NCBI GenBank assembly: GCA_018985225.1
Contig: JADGIF010000012.1
Span: 1 to 32,000, forward strand
Origin: Amoeboradix gromovi X-113
Lineage: Eukaryota > Fungi > Sanchytriomycota
Length of the DNA stretch: 32,000 nucleotides
Reading direction: 5' to 3'
The notes under the pieces were generated by a model. The model saw only the letters and a list, made by a program, of their open reading frames with translations, was not told the origin of the DNA and did not search any database. The translations under genes were made by a program, and so were the position numbers. Positions 30,201-32,000 of the stretch are shown in pieces; position 1 is the stretch's first letter; each line of letters begins with the position of its first letter.

Positions 30201-31835
30201 GAATTTGCAACAGTCAAACGACGTCTTAGTTTGCAAATGATAAACTACCTGTTGAATGGTAGTCACACTTTGTGATGATACTGGAGAAAGTGGCATTTCA
30301 GGAGTAGGTGGCAATTCTACATTACTCGGGATTAAGTTACGATGTTTATGAATAAAATGATAAAACTCGTCATGGTATTCATTGCTAGTCGAATTTTTGA
30401 ACCAGTTCAGTAGCAAAGCCAAGAATTGATTAAATATTCTGTCTGATTTAAATGCTCGAAAATGACATCGGTTTCTAATCAACCACCACCCAACAGTAAG
30501 GGTAGAAGGATTATTAGTAGCGATATTTTTATCAATAGCATTAATCAGCAATTCGTCAAGGTAATCAAAAGTTGTAAATACTGGAATTTCCAGTGGTATT
30601 ATATCATCCACTACTGTAATGAAAGAAGATACTATTAATAAATCAATTACGTGTTGCTGTACAACTGTTCTCTTAATGTCCTTGAAGAAATACATCACTT
30701 TGTTTACAGATACACTTGACTGCTCAAAGTATGTCCTGCTAATAGCGTGGTACAGGGGATATACATTGTTGTAGTCGCTGAAATAGAGTTTCTTTGTGCT
30801 TGATTCTAACCCACCGTGGTCTTTAATACCCTTTCTTAGTAAAACCAAACATTCTGGAAGCTCATTGCTTTTGTGCAATAGAATATACTGTAGTACAAGA
30901 AGGTCTATTATAAGCATCCTCTCATTGTCATGGTATGACTCCTTGTTGTTTAACAACTTGGAGTAAACCCGATCAAAAGAGTCTAAATCAGTTATGTTGG
31001 ATCTACTTTTATCATCATAAATACAGTTTAGATGATAAGTTCCATGTAAAGATGCATACGCAGTAAACCCCCATATTATAGTATTACATATGACACATCT
31101 ACAAGCGCTATACATTGCAACTAGATGAAATTGCTGCTTCCTAGGAGTTGTGAGTGCATTGCGCTGTATTACATGATATTCCAAATTCATAACATTTGCA
31201 TATTCGTTCAAGTTATCCAATAACTCGTCAATCAATATGGATTTACGAAAATGGAAGTAGTGAGTCGATTCCGGTTGAATAACCTTTGAAATAAACAAAT
31301 CGCAGGCGCTAGATCTTACCATATCAGACTCATTGGTCATGCACTGAAGCAGTTTTAATGTACCGTCATACGTCAACAGTTTATCTACGATTCTATCTCT
31401 AAGTATCAAAAGGTCAAAATCATCAGATTTCTGATATATAAGCATCACGGTTAACAGTTCTTCAACATGGAACTGCCAATATTCTTGTTTTTGATGTAAA
31501 ACAGTCATCAGTTTAACATGCAACCGTTTATTCATTAAGCTAAAACATTTTGTATATAAACCTATGAGATCTCCTGGTAGAAACAAGCTGAGATCTAAGA
31601 TAATGGAATGAAGGTGAAATGGAGGATGGGCAGGACTAGGATCGGAATCGTCTATATGTATTACCAGGGTCTTTGCTATAGCTTCCATGATTCTGTCATT
31701 TTCAATGAAGCCTTCCATGTATACATCCAGTACTTTTCTAAACAAAACTGTAATTTCATAAATGTTGGAATCGATAGTTTCTTTTATTATGCGATTTACA
31801 ATGGATGACAAGTATTTTATTTTGTTACTGTTCAT
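27270..31835 (-). CDS. large alpha-helical solenoid protein (1521 aa) with a degenerate C1-like zinc finger
   Basis: 4.5-kb ORF, Leu/Ile-rich helical repeats. HLVAMYSACRCVICNTIIWG...YHLNC resembles a C1 domain missing one Cys pair. Confidence 0.7.
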   Translation of the reverse strand: MNSNKIKYLSSIVNRIIKETIDSNIYEITVLFRKVLDVYMEGFIENDRIMEAIAKTLVIHIDDSDPSPAHPPFHLHSIILDLSLFLPGDLIGLYTKCFSLMNKRLHVKLMTVLHQKQEYWQFHVEELLTVMLIYQKSDDFDLLILRDRIVDKLLTYDGTLKLLQCMTNESDMVRSSACDLFISKVIQPESTHYFHFRKSILIDELLDNLNEYANVMNLEYHVIQRNALTTPRKQQFHLVAMYSACRCVICNTIIWGFTAYASLHGTYHLNCIYDDKSRSNITDLDSFDRVYSKLLNNKESYHDNERMLIIDLLVLQYILLHKSNELPECLVLLRKGIKDHGGLESSTKKLYFSDYNNVYPLYHAISRTYFEQSSVSVNKVMYFFKDIKRTVVQQHVIDLLIVSSFITVVDDIIPLEIPVFTTFDYLDELLINAIDKNIATNNPSTLTVGWWLIRNRCHFRAFKSDRIFNQFLALLLNWFKNSTSNEYHDEFYHFIHKHRNLIPSNVELPPTPEMPLSPVSSQSVTTIQQVVYHLQTKTSFDCCKFLNAVQNPKIQFIYVLHDHGKRLLGEVLQAVNKDPELTAQLNIILFKYRVNTSTTWISLMTRILNSSHTLILGQLVLLNFRVADQVDFNRIQPVLEWLTASRNDLEFQIIYAKIFATLLGCSTELSTAPNSSKSRKPALLSFNQLVGYIVKYFTNQETLLPDALCLLARIIASNSGNSSQLLHSILNHAWNHLDFDKLKSDYDYSKIIANLLAMDQSSIFLMDFPHNTKDWLCNLNKISYFMDAYIYITDYTLIMTRCLLYCYKSIVHDDPVIRHAGRIILELKFNMVTSLDNIFTVVAKSLLVPTCNALLHLMKSFKMKLFSVTKLLDIVSVEKNTSLTSLVIELLACTCIHPSTNLSDYEILMIRHSVSIHLGYLDSVIKDGAIKQGPLSIINCVPILHSIVRILHSKCIVTSKLRLLQIDLCLLLIKAVNTCLVAYHSTGINTSRVFQLKQWLTALYVGLYYNASECKDLLPQLFDSLIDACDAIRNVDGENCEYILFVIQYMIEQQDELLAGVHKLLNTLYSCMDRFKVNSKDHLAKQACILLCFVLQRDIMRSNLYTWLSEDSKLIDYIEIIASNKQRWELLNESLNWEELRIDFYNRLLIYGIDSLVDVGEHFQSFIKVSTLSQYSQQHPLELTRIVDEILKKSSVRRINSTCAGYFLMSIGYLIKQHGYCSALLLENLRFNLDSFLCCFDDANANVIGFFDILKDVDIDLFEFTVTTIFKSKLNKNTQNRAYSKLLMKYLDELADTMSISVNIEETMENAFDSGHPHFMEIGYLATRIKINNSSILLSRISTMRVLKAVIVLLYSGFKSHSFHFIRDISKQHLELCKMVLEAFNSGESEGYKQELLKQLILLFKLTSFIQAHVLSSDSTIFDDILKFEYSLWYGTSTILKSSAESVIVASLDLLEFVLKCNADVNSVLGNGLVGIMDKIEMTGKKQRYISLKEQYESIKLRTPGNSMKMYIELEQEIKRL

Positions 31836-31873
31836 GTTTTGAAAAATTAAAGTTTAAAAGAATTAAATTTACT

Positions 31874-31999
31874 CTAGGTATGGTCTTTATAGTTTATAGG
31901 TATTCCGAGGGACTCCAGTATGTTTCTATGTTCAGTTTTTAGTATATGTAGTTCGTATTGCCATGATGTTTCTTTATTGGGATTAAATGCAGAAAATAC
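31874..31999 (-). CDS. probable 3' end of a gene entering from the right edge (..VFSAFNPNKETSWQYELHILKTEHRNILESLGIPINYKDHT*)
   Basis: Frame open from the window edge to TAG at 31876-31874, 38 nt before the next ATG. Confidence 0.35.
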   Translation of the reverse strand, partial: VFSAFNPNKETSWQYELHILKTEHRNILESLGIPINYKDHT

Positions 32000-32000
32000 A

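Noticed and set aside
140-31808. Numerous 60-214 aa ORFs antisense or out of frame within long genes (e.g. 9932..10345, 14472..14891, 27703..28347)
   Set aside because: Shadow ORFs of well-supported CDSs with no motifs of their own.
1-32000. CRISPR array, tRNA/rRNA genes or prokaryotic origin
   Set aside because: No regularly spaced repeats, cloverleafs or rRNA-like sequence seen. Recognisable host genes are eukaryotic and four contain spliceosomal introns.

Overview
AT-rich, very gene-dense eukaryotic DNA read with the standard code. The gene set, the flagellar genes and the 19-20 nt introns suggest an early-diverging, zoospore-forming fungus or close relative (inference only). Host genes in order: REP/GDI-like, Pho80/Pcl cyclin, CFAP58, Sec9/SNAP-25 SNARE, YEATS2, MON2, DRC10/IQCD, an orphan, nicastrin-like, UBR1-like, M3 oligopeptidase, a signal-peptide RING-H2 protein and a 1521-aa solenoid protein. 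Four genes are completed by ultra-short GT-AG introns (20, 20, 19 and 20 nt) that the ORF track misses. Main hidden signal: several of the larger intergenic gaps hold decayed, internally deleted copies of one eukaryotic IS607-type serine-recombinase/Fanzor2 (TnpB-derived) element. Four copies are well supported (4214-4551 +, 5421-5920 -, 7968-8342 -, 16542-17091 -) and two are weaker (22957-23172 -, 26943-27272 -). The four share a left end (GAATAAATCA...), TnpA and/or Fanzor C-terminal remnants, and a non-coding right end; in the two best-preserved copies this aligns over about 100 nt with covarying stems that look like an omegaRNA scaffold ending in GG. All alignments and counts were done by hand.
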